A stretch of DNA of 64,000 nucleotides from Eledone cirrhosa. Taxonomy: Eukaryota. The notes beneath the pieces are model-generated. The model saw only the letters and a program-made list of their open reading frames with translations. It had not been told where the DNA came from and made no database searches. Position numbers and translations under genes: made by a program. The stretch spans positions 20,398,001 through 20,462,000 of the forward strand of contig OZ024741.1 in the NCBI GenBank assembly GCA_964016885.1, given 5' to 3'. Shown here one piece after another: positions 28,351 to 42,000 of this stretch (position 1 is the first letter of the stretch; every line of letters starts with the position of its first letter).

Positions 28351-31300
28351 GTGGTGCCAGATGTATACAATAACATGTGGTGTAGGTGAGACAGGGGTTT
28401 CTGACAGTATTGTCTACCAAAGTTACCTTGGTGTAGGGGGTTCTAGATACACAATAACATGTGGAGGAGGTGAGACGGGAGTTTCTGACACTAACGTCTA
28501 CCAAAGTTCCCTTGGTGTAGGTGGTGCCAGATGTACAATAATATGTGGAGGAGGTGAGACAGGAGTTTCTGACAGTAATGTCTACCAAACTTACCTTGCT
28601 GTAGGTGGTACCAGATATGCACAATAACATGTGGAGGAGGTGAGACAAAGGTTTCTGACAGTAATGTCTACCAAAGTTACGTTGGTGTAGGTGGTACCAG
28701 ATATACACAATAACATGCGGGGCAGGTGAGACAAGAGTTTCTGACAGTAATGTCTACCAAAGTTACCTTGGTGTAGGTGGTACCAGATAAACACAATAAC
28801 ATGTGGTGGAGGTAAGACAGGAGTTTCTGACAGTATTGTCTACCAATGTTACCTTGATGTAGGCGGTGCCAGACACACAATAACATGTGGAGGAGGTGAG
28901 ACAGGGCTTTCTCGTAGTAATGTCTACCAAAGTGACCTTGGTGTAGGTGGTGCCAGATGTACAATAACATGTGGGGGGTGAGACAGGGGTTTCTGACAGT
29001 AATGTCTACCAAAGTGACGTTGGTGTAGGTGGTGCAAGATGTACAATAACATGTGGAGGAGGTGAGACAGGAGTTTCTGACAGTAATGTCTACCAAACTT
29101 TCATTGGTGTAGGTGGTACCAGATATACACAATAACATGGGGAGCATGTGGGACAGGAGTTTCTGACAGTAATGTCTACCAAAGTTACCTTGGTGTAGGT
29201 GGTACCAGTTAAACAATAACATGGGGAGGAGGTGAGACAGGAGTTTCTGACAGTATTGTCTACCAAAGTTACCTTGGTGTAGTTGGTACCAGATATACAC
29301 AATAACATGTGGAGGAGGTGAGACAGGAGTTTATCACAGTAATGTCTACCAAAGTTCCCTTGGTGTAGGTGGTGCCAGATGTACAATAACATGTGGAGGA
29401 GGTGAGGCAGGAGTTTCAGACAGTAATGTCTACCAAAGTAACCTTGGTGTAGGTGGTGCCAGATGTACAATAACATATGGAGGCGGTGAGACAGGGGTTT
29501 CTGACAGTATTGTCTACCTAAGTTACCTTGGTGTAGGTGGTATCAGATACACAATAACATGTGGAGGAGGTGAGACAGGAGTTTCTGACAGTAATGTCTA
29601 CCAAAGTTACCTTGGTGTAGGTGGTACCAGATATACACAATAACATGTGGAGGAAGTGAGACAGGTGTTTCTCACAGTAATGTCTACCAAAGTTACCTTG
29701 GTGTAGGTGGTACCAGATATACACAATAACATGTGGGGGAGGTGAGAAATGAGTTAATGACAGTATTGTCTACCAAAGTTACCTTGGTGTAGGTGGTACC
29801 AGATACACAATAACCTGTGGAGGAGGTTAGACAGGAGTTTCTCACAGTAATGTCTACCAAACTTACCTTGGTGTAGTTGGTACCAGATACACAATAACAT
29901 GTGGAGCAGGTGAGACAGGAGTTTCTGACAGTATTGTCTACCAAAGTTACCTTGGTGTAGGTGGTACCAGATATACACAATAAGATGTGGAGCAGGTGAG
30001 ACAGGAGTTTCTGACAGTAATGTCTACCAAAGTTACCTTGGTGTAGGTGGTGCCAGATGTACAATAACATGTGGAGGAGGTAAGACAGGAGTTTCTCAAA
30101 ATAATGTCTACCAAAGTTCCCTTGGTGTAGGTGGTGCCAGATGTACAATAACATGTGGTGGAGGTAAGGCAGGAGTTTCTGACAGTATTGTCTACCAAAC
30201 TTACCTTGGTGTAGGTGGTGCCAGATGTACAATAACATATGAAGGCGGTGAGACAGGGGTTTCTGACGGTATTATCTACCAAAGTTACCTTGGTGTAGGT
30301 GGTGCCAGATGTACAATAACATGTGGGGGAGGTGAGACAGGGGTTTCTGACAGTAATGGCGAGCAAATTTACCTTGGTGTAGGTGGTACCAGATACACAA
30401 TAACATGTGGTGGAGGTGAGACAGGGGTTTCTGACAGTAATGTCTACCAAAGTTACCTTTGTGTAGGTGGTGCCAGATGTACAATAACATGTGGTGGAGG
30501 TGAGACAGGGGTTTCTGACAGTATTGTCTACCAAAGTTACCTTGGTGTAGGTGGTGCCAGATACACAATAACATGTGGAAGAGGTGAGGCAGGGGTTTCT
30601 GACAGTAATGTCTACCAATGTTACCTTGGTGTAGGTGGTGCCAGTTGTACAATAACATGTGGTGGAGGTGAGACAGGGTTTTCTGACAATAATGTCTACC
30701 AAAGTTAGCTTGGTGTAGGTGGTACCAGATATACACAATAACATGTGGAGGAGGTGAGACAGGGGTTTCTGACAGTAATGTCTACCAAAGTTACCTTGGT
30801 GTAGGTGGTACCAGATGTACACAATAACATGTGGTGGAGGTGAGACAGGAGTTTCTGACAGTATTTTCTACCAAAGTTACCTTGGTGTCGGTGGTGCCAG
30901 ATACACAATAACACGTGGTGGAGGAAAGACAGGAGTTTCTGACAGTATTTTCTACCAAAGTTACCTTGGTGTCGGTGGTGCCAGATGTACAATAATATGT
31001 GGAGGAGGTGATACAGGAGTTTCTGACAGAATTGTCTACCAAACTTACCTTGGTGTAGGTGGTACAAGATACACAATAACATGTGGAGGAGGTGAGACAG
31101 GAGTTTCTGACAGTAATGTCTACCAAAGTTACCTTGGAGTAGGTGGTACCAGATACACAATAACATGTCGAGGAGGTGAGACAGGGGTTTCTGACAGAAT
31201 TGTCTACCAAACTTACCTTGGTGTAGGTGGTACCAGATATACACAATAAGATGTGGCGGAGGTGAGACATGAGTTAATGACAGTATTGTCTACCAAAGTT

Positions 31301-34259
31301 ACCTTGGTGTAGGTGGTACCAGATACACATAACCTGTGGAGGAGGTGAGACAGGAGTTTCTCACAGTAATGTCTACCAAACTTACCTTGGTGTAGGTGTT
31401 ACCAGATACACAATAACATGTGGAGCAGGTATGACAGGAGTTTCTGACAGTAATGTCTACCAAAGTTACCTTGGAGTAGGTGGTACCAGATACACAATAA
31501 CCTGTGGAGGAGGTGAGACAGGAGTTTCTGACAATATTGTCTACCAAACTTACCTTGGTGTAGGTGGTGCCAGATGTACAATAACACGTGGTGGAGGTGA
31601 GACAGGGGTTTCTGACAGTATTGTCTACCAAAGTTACCTTGGTGTAGGTGGTGCCAGATACACAATAACATGTGGAAGAGGTGAGACAGGGGTTTCTGAC
31701 AGTAATGTCTACAAATGTTACCTTGGTGTAGGTGGTGCCAGTTGTACAATAACATGTGGTGGAGGTGAGACAGGGTTTTCTGACAGTAATGTCTACCAAA
31801 GTTACCTTGGTGTAGGTGGTACCAGATATACACAATAACATGTGGAGGAGGTGAGACAGGAGTTTCTGACAGTAATGTCTACCAAAGTTACCTTGGTGTA
31901 GGTGGTACCAGATATACACAATAACATGTGGAGGAAGTGAGACAGGGGTTGCTCACAGTAATGTCTACCAAAGTTACCTTGGTGTAGGTGGTACCAGATA
32001 TACACAATAACATGTGGAGGAGGTGAGACAGGGCTTTCTCATAGTAATGTCTACCAAAGTGACCTTGGTGTAGGTGGTGCCAGATGTACAATAACATGTG
32101 GGGGGTGAGACAGGGGTATCTGACAGTAATGTCTACCTAAGTTACCTTGGAGTAGGTGGTAACAGATAAACAATAAGCTGTGGAGGAGGTGAGACAGGAG
32201 TTTCTGACAGTATTGTCTACCAAAGTTACCTTGGTGTCGGTGGTGCTAGATACACAATAACACGTGGTGGAGGTGAGACAGGGTTTTCTGACAGTATTGT
32301 CTACCACACTTACCTTGGTGTAGGTGGTACCAGATACACAATAACATGTGGAGGAGGTGAGACAGGAGTTTCTGACAGAATTGTCTACCAAACTTACCTT
32401 GGTGTAGGTGGTACCAGATACACAATAACATGTGGAGGAGGTGAGACAGGAGTTTCTGACAATAATGTCTACCAAAGTTACCTTGGAGTAGGTGGTGCCA
32501 GATAAACAATAACATGTGGTGGAGGTGAGACAGGAGTTTCTGACAGTATTGTCTACCAATGTTACCTTGGTGTAGGTGGTGCCAGTTGTACAATAACATG
32601 TGGTGGAGGTGAGACAGGGTTTTCTGACAGTAATGCCTACCAAAGTTACCTTGGTGTAGGTGGTACCAGATATACACAATAACATGTGGAGGAGGTGAGA
32701 CAGGAGTTTCTGACAGTAATGTCTACCAAACTTACCTTGGTGTAGGTGGTACCAGATATACACAAAAACATGTGGGGGTGAGACAAGAGTTTCTGACAGT
32801 AATGTCTACCAAAATTACCTTGGTGTAGGTGGTGCCAGATACACAATAATATGTGGTGGAGCTGAGACAGGGGTTTGTGACAGTAATGACTACCAAAGTT
32901 ACCTTGGTGTAGGTGGTACCAGATATACACAATAACATGTGGAGGAGGTGAGACAGGAGTTTCTGACAGTATTGTCTACCAAAGTTACCTTGGTGTAGGT
33001 GGTGCCAGATATACACAATAACATGTGGTAGAGGTAAGACAGGAGTTTCTCACAGTAATGTCTACCAATGTTACCTTGGTGTAGGTGGTATCAGATATAC
33101 ACAATAACATGTGGAGGAGGTGAGACAGGGGTTTCTGACAGCTCTGTCTACCAAAGTTACCTTGGTCTAGGTGGTGCCAGATGTACAATAACATGTGGAG
33201 GGGGTGAGACAGTTGTTTCTGACGGTATTGTCTACCAAAGTTACCTTGGTGTAGGTGGTACCAGATATACACAATAACATGTGGAGGAGGTGAGACAGGA
33301 GTTTCTGACGGTAATGTCTACCAAAGTTCCCTTGGTGCAGGTGGTGCCAGATGTACAATAACATGTGGAGGAGGTGAGACAGCAGTTTCTGACAGTAATT
33401 TCTACCAAACTTACCTTGGTGTAGGTGGTACCAGATATACACAATAACATGTGGTGGAGGTAAGACAGGAGTTTCTGAAACTATTGTCTACCAAAGTTAC
33501 CTTGGTGTAGGTGGTGCCAGATACACAATAACACGTGAAGGAGGTGAGACAGGTGGTTCTGACAGTAATGTCTACCAAAGTTACCTTGGTGTAGGTGGTA
33601 CCAGATATACACAATAACATGTGGTGGAGGTAAGACAGCAGTTTCTGACACTATTGTCTACCAAAGTCCCCTTGGTGCAGGTGGTGCCAGATGTACAATA
33701 ACATGTGGAGGAGGTGAGACAGGAGTTTCTCACAGTAATGTCTACCAAAGTTACCCTGGTGTAGGTTGTTCCAGATACACAATAACATGTGGAGGAAGTG
33801 AGACAGGTGTTTCTCACAGTAATGTCTACCAAAGTTACCTTGGTGTAGGTGGTACCAGATACACAATAACATGTGGCGGAGATGAGACAGGAGTTTCTGA
33901 CAGTAATGTTTACCAAAGTTACCTTGGTGTAGGTGGTACCAGATACACAATAACATGTGGTGGAGGTAAGACAGGAGTTTCTGACAGTATTGTCTACCAA
34001 AGTTACCTTGGTGTAGGTGGTGCCAGATATACACAATAATATGTGGAGCATGTGAGACAGGAGTTTCTGACAGTAATGTCTACCAAAGTTACCTTGGTGT
34101 AGGTTGTTCCACATACACAATAACATGTGGAGGAGGTGAGACAGGGGTTTCTCGCAGTAAAGTCTACCAAAGTTACCTTGGTGTAGGTGGTACCATATAC
34201 ACAATAACATGTGGCGGAGGTGAGACAGGAGTTTCTGACAGTAATGTTTACCAAAGTTA

Positions 34260-34740
34260 CCTTGGTGTAGGTGGTACCAGATATACACAATAACATGTGG
34301 TGGAGGTAAGACAGGAGTTTCTGACAGTATTGTCTACCAAAGTTACCTTGGTGTAGGTGGTGCCAGATATACACAATAACATGTGGTGGAGGTAAGACAG
34401 GAGTTTCTGACAGTATTGTCTACCAAAGTTACCTTGGTGTAGGTGGTACCAGATATACACAATAACATGTGGTGGAGGTAAGACAGGAGTTTCTGACAGT
34501 ATTGTCTACCAAAGTTACCTTGGTGTAGGTGGTGCCAGATATACACAATAACATGTGGTGGAGGTAAGACAGGAGTTTCTGACAGTATTGTCTACCAAAG
34601 TTACCTTGGTGTAGGTGGTGCCAGATATACACAATAACATGTGGTGGAGGTAAGACAGGAGTTTCTGACAGTATTGTCTACCAAAGTTACCTTGGTGTAG
34701 GTGGTACCAGATATACACAATAACATGTGGTCGAGGTAAG
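34260..34740. repeat. Run of ~6 near-identical 86-bp monomers
   Basis: Consecutive units GTGGTGGAGGTAAGACAGGAGTTTCTGACAGTATTG differ almost only at GGTACC/GGTGCC. The ORF track steps by exactly 86 (34257, 34343, 34429, 34515, 34601, 34687). Confidence 0.9.
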
Positions 34741-36039
34741 ACAGGAGTTTCTGACAGTATTGTCTACCAAACTTACCATGGTGTAGGTGGTACCAGATAT
34801 ACACAATAACATGTGGAGGAGGTGAGACAGGGGTTTCTGACAGTAATGTCTGCCAAAGTTACCTTGGTGTAGGTGGTGCCAGATGTAAAATAACATGGGA
34901 GGAGGTGAGACAGCGGTTTCTGACAGTATTGTCTACCAAAGTTACCTTGGTGTAGGTGGTACCAGATATAAACAATAACATGTGGAGGAGGTGAGACAGG
35001 AGTTTCTGACAGTAGTGTCTACCAAGGTTCCCTTGGTGTAGGTGGTGCCAGATGTACAATAACATGTGGACGAGGTGAGACAGGAGTTTCTGACAGTAAT
35101 GTCTACCAAACTTACCTTGGTGTAGGTGGTACCAGATATACACAATAACATGTGGTGGAGGTAAGACAGGAGTTTCTGACAGTATTGTCTACCAAAGTTA
35201 CCTTGGTGTAGGTGGTGCCAGATATACACAATAAAATGTGGTGGAGGTAAGACAGGAGTTTCTGACAGTATTGTCTACCAAACTTACCTTGGTGTAGGTA
35301 GTACCAGATATACACAATAATATGTGAAGGAGGTGAGACAGGGGTTTCTGACAGTAATGTCTACCAAAGTTACCCTGGTGTAGGTGGTGCCAGATGTACA
35401 ATAACATGTGGAGGGGGTGAGACAGGGGTTTCTGACAGTATTGTCTACCAAAGTTACCTTGATGTAGGTGGTACCAGATATACACAATAACATGTGGAGC
35501 AGGTGAGACAGGAGTTTCTGACAGTAATGTCTACCAAAGTTACCTTGGTGTAGGTGATATCAGATAAACAATAACATGTGGAGGGGGTGAGACAGGGGTT
35601 TCTGACAGTATTGTCTACCAAAGTTACCTTGAGGTAGGTGGTACCAGATATACACAATAACATGTGGTGGAGGTAAGGCAGGAGTTTCTGACAGTATTGT
35701 CTAACAAAGTTACCTTGATGTAGGCGGTGCCAGATGCACAATAACATGTGGAGGAGGTGAGACAGGGCTTTCTCATAGTAATGTCTACTAAAGTGACCTT
35801 GGTGTAGGTGGTGCGAGATGTACAATAACATGTTGGGGTGGTGAGACAGGGGTTTCTGACAGTAATGTCTACCAAAGTGACCTTGGTGTAGGTGGTGCCA
35901 GATGTACAATAACATTTGGAGGAGGTGAGACAGGAGTTTCTGACAGTAATGTCTACCAAACTTACCTTGGTGTAGGTGGTACCAGATATACACAATAACA
36001 TGTGGTGGAGGTAAGACATGAGTTTCTGAAAGTATTGTC

Positions 36040-39000
36040 TACCAAAGTTACCTTGGTGTAGGTGGTACCAGATATACACAATAACATGTGGAGGAGGTGA
36101 GACAGGGCTTTCTCATAGTAATGTCTGCCAAAGTTACCTTGGTGTAGGTGGTACCAGATACACAATAGCATGTGGAGGAGGTGAGAGAGGAGTTTCTGAC
36201 AGTAATGTTTACCAAAGTTACCTTAGTGTAGGTGGTACCAGATACAGAATAACATGTGGAGGAGGTGAGGCAGGAGTTTCTGACAGTATTGTCTACCAAA
36301 GTTAACTTGGTGTAGGTGGTACAAGATATACACAATAACATGTGGTGGAGGTAAGACAGGAGTTTCTGACAGTAATGTTTAACAAAGTTACCTTGGTGTA
36401 GGTGGTACCAGATACACAATAACATGAGGTGGAGGTAAGACAGGAGTTTCTGACAATAATGTCTACCAAACTTACCTTGGTGTAGGTGGTACCAGATATA
36501 CACAATAACATGTGGTGGAGGTAAGACAGGAGTTTCTCACAGTAACGTCTACCAAAGTTACCTTGGTGTAGGTGGTACCAGATATACACAATAACATGTG
36601 GTGAAGGTAAGACAGGAGTTTCTGACAGTATTGTCTACCAATGTTACCTTGGTGTAGGTGGTACCAGATATACACAATAACATGTGGAGGAGGTGAGACA
36701 GGGGTTTCTGACAGCTCTGTCTACCAAAGTTACCTTGGTCTAGGTGGTGCCAGATGTACAATAACATGTGGAGGGGGTGAGACAGTGGTTTCTGACGGTA
36801 TTGTCTACCAAAGTTACCTTGGTGTAGGTGGTACCAGATATACACAATAACATGTGGAGGAGGTGAGACAGGAGTTTCTCACAGTAATGTCTACCAAAGT
36901 TACCTTGGTGTAGGTGGTGCCAGATATACACAATAACATGTGGTGGAGGTAAGACGGGAGTTTCTGACAGTATTGTCTACCAAAGTTACCTTGGTGTAGG
37001 TGGTAGCAGATATACACAATAACATGTGGTGGAGGTAAGACAGGAGTTTCTGACACTATTGTCTACCAAAGTTACCTTGGTGTAGGTGGTGCCAGATACA
37101 CAATAACACGTGAAGGAGGTGAGACAGGAGTTTCTCACAGTAATGTCTACCAAAGTTACCTTGGTGTAGGTGGTACCAGATATACACAATGATATGTGGA
37201 GCAGGTGAGACAGGAGTTTCTGACAGTAATGTCTACCAAAGTTACCTTGGTGTAGGTGGTACCAGATAATCAATAACATGTGGAGGAGGTGAGACAGGGG
37301 TTTCTCACAGTAATGTCTACCAAAGTCACCTTGGTGTAGGTGGTACCAGATACACAATAACATGTGGCGGAGGTGAGACAGGAGTTTCTGACAGTAATGT
37401 TTACCAAAGTTAACTTGGTGTAGGTGGTACCAGATACACAATAACATGTGGTGGTGGTAAGACAGGAGTTTCTGACAGTATTGTCTACCAAAGTTACCTT
37501 GGTGTAGGTGGTACCAGATATACACAATAACATGTGGTGGAGGTAAGACAGGAGTTTCTGACAGTATTGTCTACCAAACTTACCATGGTGTAGGTGGTAC
37601 CAGATATACACAATAACATGTGGAGGAGGTGAGACAGGGGTTTCTGACAGTAATGTCTGCCAAAGTTACCTTGGTGTAGGTGGTGCCAGATGTACAATAA
37701 CATGGGAGGAGGTGAGACAGCGGTTTCTGACAGTATTGTCTACCAAAGTTACCTTGGTGTAGGTGGTACCAGATATAAACAATAACATGTGGAGGAGGTG
37801 AGACAGGAGTTTCTGACAGTAATGTCTACCAAAGTTCCCTTGGTGTAGGTGGTGCCAGATGTACAATAACATGTGGAGGAGGTGAGACAGGAGTTTCTGA
37901 CAGTAATGTCTACCAAACTTACCTTGGTGTAGGTGGTACCAGATATACACAATAACATGTGGAGGAGGTGAGACAGGAGTTTCTCACAGTAATGTCTACC
38001 AAAGTTACCTTGGTGTAGGTGGTGCCAGATATACACAATAAGAATGTGGTGGAGGTAAGACAGGAGTTTATGACAGTATTGTCTACCAAAGTTCCCTTGG
38101 TGTAGGTGGTGCCATATATACACAATAACATGTGGTGGAGGTAAGACAGGAGTTTCTGACACTATTGTCTACCAAAGTTACCTTGGTGTAGGTGGTGCCA
38201 GATACACAATAACACGTGGAGGAGGTGAGACAGGAGGTTCTGACAGTAATGTCTACCAAAGTTACCCTGGTGTAGGTGGTGCCAGATGTACAATAACATG
38301 TGGAGGAGGTGAGACAGGATTTTCAGACAGTAATGTCTACCAAACTTACCTTGGTGTAGGTGGTACCAGATATACACAATAACATGTGGTGGAGGTAAGA
38401 CAGGAGTTTCTGACAGTATTGTCTACCAAAGTTACCTTGGTGTAGGTGGTGCCAGATATACACAATAACATGTGGTGGAGGTAAGACAGGAGTTTTTGAC
38501 AGTATTGTCTACCAAAGTTACCTTGGTGTAGGTGGTGCCAGATATACACAATAACATGTGGTGGAGGTAAGACAGGAGTTTCTGACACTAGTGTCTACCA
38601 AACTTACCTTGCTGTAGGTGGTACCAGATATACACAATAACATGTGGAGGAGGTGAGACAGGGCTTTCTCAAAGTAATGTCTACCAAAGTGACCTTGGTG
38701 TAGGTGGTACCAGATACACAATAACATGTGGAGCAGGTGAGACAGGAGTTTCTGACAGTAATGTCTACCAAAGTTACCTTGGTGTAGGTGGTACCAGATA
38801 AACAATAACATGTGGAGGACGTGTGACAGGGCTTTCTCATAGTAATATCTACCAAAGTGACCTTGGTGTAGGTGGTGCAAGATGTACAATAACATGTGGA
38901 GGAGGTGAGACAGGAGTTTCTGACAATAATGTCTACCAAACTTACCTTGGTGTAGGTGGTACCAGATATACACAATAACATGTGGAGGAGGTGAGACGGG

Positions 39001-42000
39001 AGTTTCTGACAGTATTGTCTACCAAAGTTACCTTGGTGTAGGTGCTACCAGATATACACAATAACATGTGGTGGAGGTAAGACAGGAGTTTCTGATAGTA
39101 ATGTTTAACAAAGTTACCTTGGTGTAGGTGGTACCAGATACACAATAACATGTGGTAGAGGTAAGACAGGAGTTTCTGACACTATTGTCTACCAAAGTTC
39201 CCTTGGTGCAGGTGGTGCCAGATGTACAATAACATGTGGAGGAGGTGAGACAGGAGTTTCTGACAGTATTGTCTACCAAAGTTAACTTGGTGTAGGTGGT
39301 ACCAGATATACACAATAACATGTGGTGGAGGTAAGACAGGAGTTTCTGATAGTAATGTTTAACAAAGTTACCTTGTTGTAGGTGGTACCAGATACACAAT
39401 AACATGTGGTGGAGGTAAGACAGGAGTTTCTGTCAGTATTGTCTACCAAAGTTACCTTGGTGTAGGTGGTACTAGATATACACAATAACATGTGGTGGAG
39501 GTAAGACAGGAGTTTCTGACAGTAATGTCTACCAAAGTTACCTTGGTGTAGGTGGTACCAGATATACACAATAACATGTGGAGGAGGTGAGACAGGGCTT
39601 TCTCATAGTAATGTCTACCAAAGTGACCTTGGTGTAGGTGGTACCAGATACACAATAACATGTGGAGCAGGTGAGACAGGAGTTTCTGACAGTAATGTCT
39701 ACCAAAGTTACCTTGGTGTAGGTGGTACCAGATAAACAATAACATGTGGAGGAGGTGTGACAGGGCTTTCTCATAGTAATGTCTACCAAAGTGACCTTGG
39801 TGTAGGTGGTGCAAGATGTACAATAACATGTGGAGGAGGTGAGACAGGAGTTTCTGACAATAATGTCTACCAAACTTACCTTGGTGTAGGTGGTACCAGA
39901 TATACACAATAACATGTGGTGGAGGTAAGATAGGAGTTTCTGACAGTATTGTATACCAAAGTTACCTTGGTGTAGGTGGTACCAGATATACACAATAATA
40001 TGTGGAGCAGCTGAGACAGGAGTTTCTGACAGTAATGTCTACCAAACTTACCTTGGTGTAGGTGGTACCAGATACACAATAACATGTGGAGCAGGTGAGA
40101 CAGGAGTTTATGACAGTAATGTCTACCAAAGTTACCTTGGTGTAGGTGGTACCAGATAAACAATAACATGTGGAGTACTTGTGACAGGCCTTTCTCATAG
40201 TAATGTCTACCAAAGTGACCTTGGTGTAGGTGGTGCCAGATGTACAATAACATGTGGAGGAGGTGAGACAGGAGTTTCTCACATTAATGTCTACCAAAGT
40301 TCCCTTGGTGTAGGTGGTGCCAGATGTACAATAACATGTGGAGGAGGTTAGACAGGAGTTTCAGACAGTAATGTCTACCAAACTTACCTTGGTGTAGGTG
40401 GTACCAGATAAACAATAACATGTGGAGGAGGTGAGACAGGAGTTTCAGACAGTAATGTCTACCAAAGTTACCTTGGTGTAGGTTGTACCAGATACACAAT
40501 AACATGTGGAGGAGGTGAGACAGGGGTTTCTCACAGTAATGTCTACCAAAGTTACCTTGGTGTAGGTAGTACCAGATACACAATAACATGTGGCGGAGGT
40601 GAGACAGGAGTTTCTGACAGTATTGTCTACCAAAGTTACCTCGGTGTAGGTGGTGCCAGATATACACAATAACATGTGTTGGAGGTAAGACAGGAGTTTC
40701 TGACAGTATTGTCTACCAAAGTTACCTTGGTGTAGGTGGTACCAGATATACACAATAACATGTGGTGGAGGTAAGACAGGAGTTTCTGACAGTATTGTCT
40801 ACCAAACTTACCATGGTGTAGGTGGTACCAGATATACACAATAACATGTGGAGGAGGTGAGACAGGGGTTTCTGACAGTAATGTCTGCCAAAGTTACCTT
40901 GGTGTAGGTGGTGCCAGATGTACAATAACATGGGAGGAGGTGAGACAGCGGTTTCTGACAGTATTGTCTACCAAAGTTACCTTGGTGTAGGTGGTACCAG
41001 ATATAAACAATAACATGTGGAGGAGGTGAGACAGGAGTTTCTGACAGTAATGTCTACCAAAGTTCCCTTGGTGTAGGTGGTGCCAGATGTACAATAACAT
41101 GTGGAGGAGGTGAGACAGGAGTTTCTGACAGTAATGTCTACCAAACTTACCTTGGTGTAGGTGGTACCAGATATACACAATAACATGTGGAGGAGGTGAG
41201 ACAGGAGTTTCTCACAGTAATGTCTACCAAAGTTACCTTGGTGTAGGTGGTGCCAGATATACACAATAAGAATGTGGTGGAGGTAAGACAGGAGTTTATG
41301 ACAGTATTGTCTACCAAAGTTCCCTTGGTGTAGGTGGTGCCAGATATACACAATAACATGTGGTGGAGGTAAGACAGGAGTTTCTGACACTATTGTCTAC
41401 CAAAGTTACCTTGGTGTAGGTGGTGCCAGATACACAATAACACGTGGAGGAGGTGAGACAGGAGGTTCTGACAGTAATGTCTACCAAAGTTACCCTGGTG
41501 TAGGTGGTGCCAGATGTACAATAACATGTGGAGGAGGTGAGACAGGATTTTCAGACAGTAATGTCTACCAAACTTACCTTGGTGTAGGTGGTACCAGATA
41601 TACACAATAACATGTGGTGGAGGTAAGACAGGAGTTTCTGACAGTATTGTCTACCAAAGTTACCTTGGTGTAGGTGGTGCCAGATATACACAATAACATG
41701 TGGTGGAGGTAAGACAGGAGTTTTTGACAGTATTGTCTACCAAAGTTACCTTGGTGTAGGTGGTGCCAGATATACACAATAACATGTGGTGGAGGTAAGA
41801 CAGGAGTTTCTGACACTAGTGTCTACCAAACTTACCTTGCTGTAGGTGGTACCAGATATACACAATAATATGTGGAGGAGGTGAGACAGGGCTTTCTCAA
41901 AGTAATGTCTACCAAAGTGACCTTGGTGTAGGTGGTACCAGATACACAATAACATGTGGAGCAGGTGAGACAGGAGTTTCTGACAGTAATGTCTACCAAA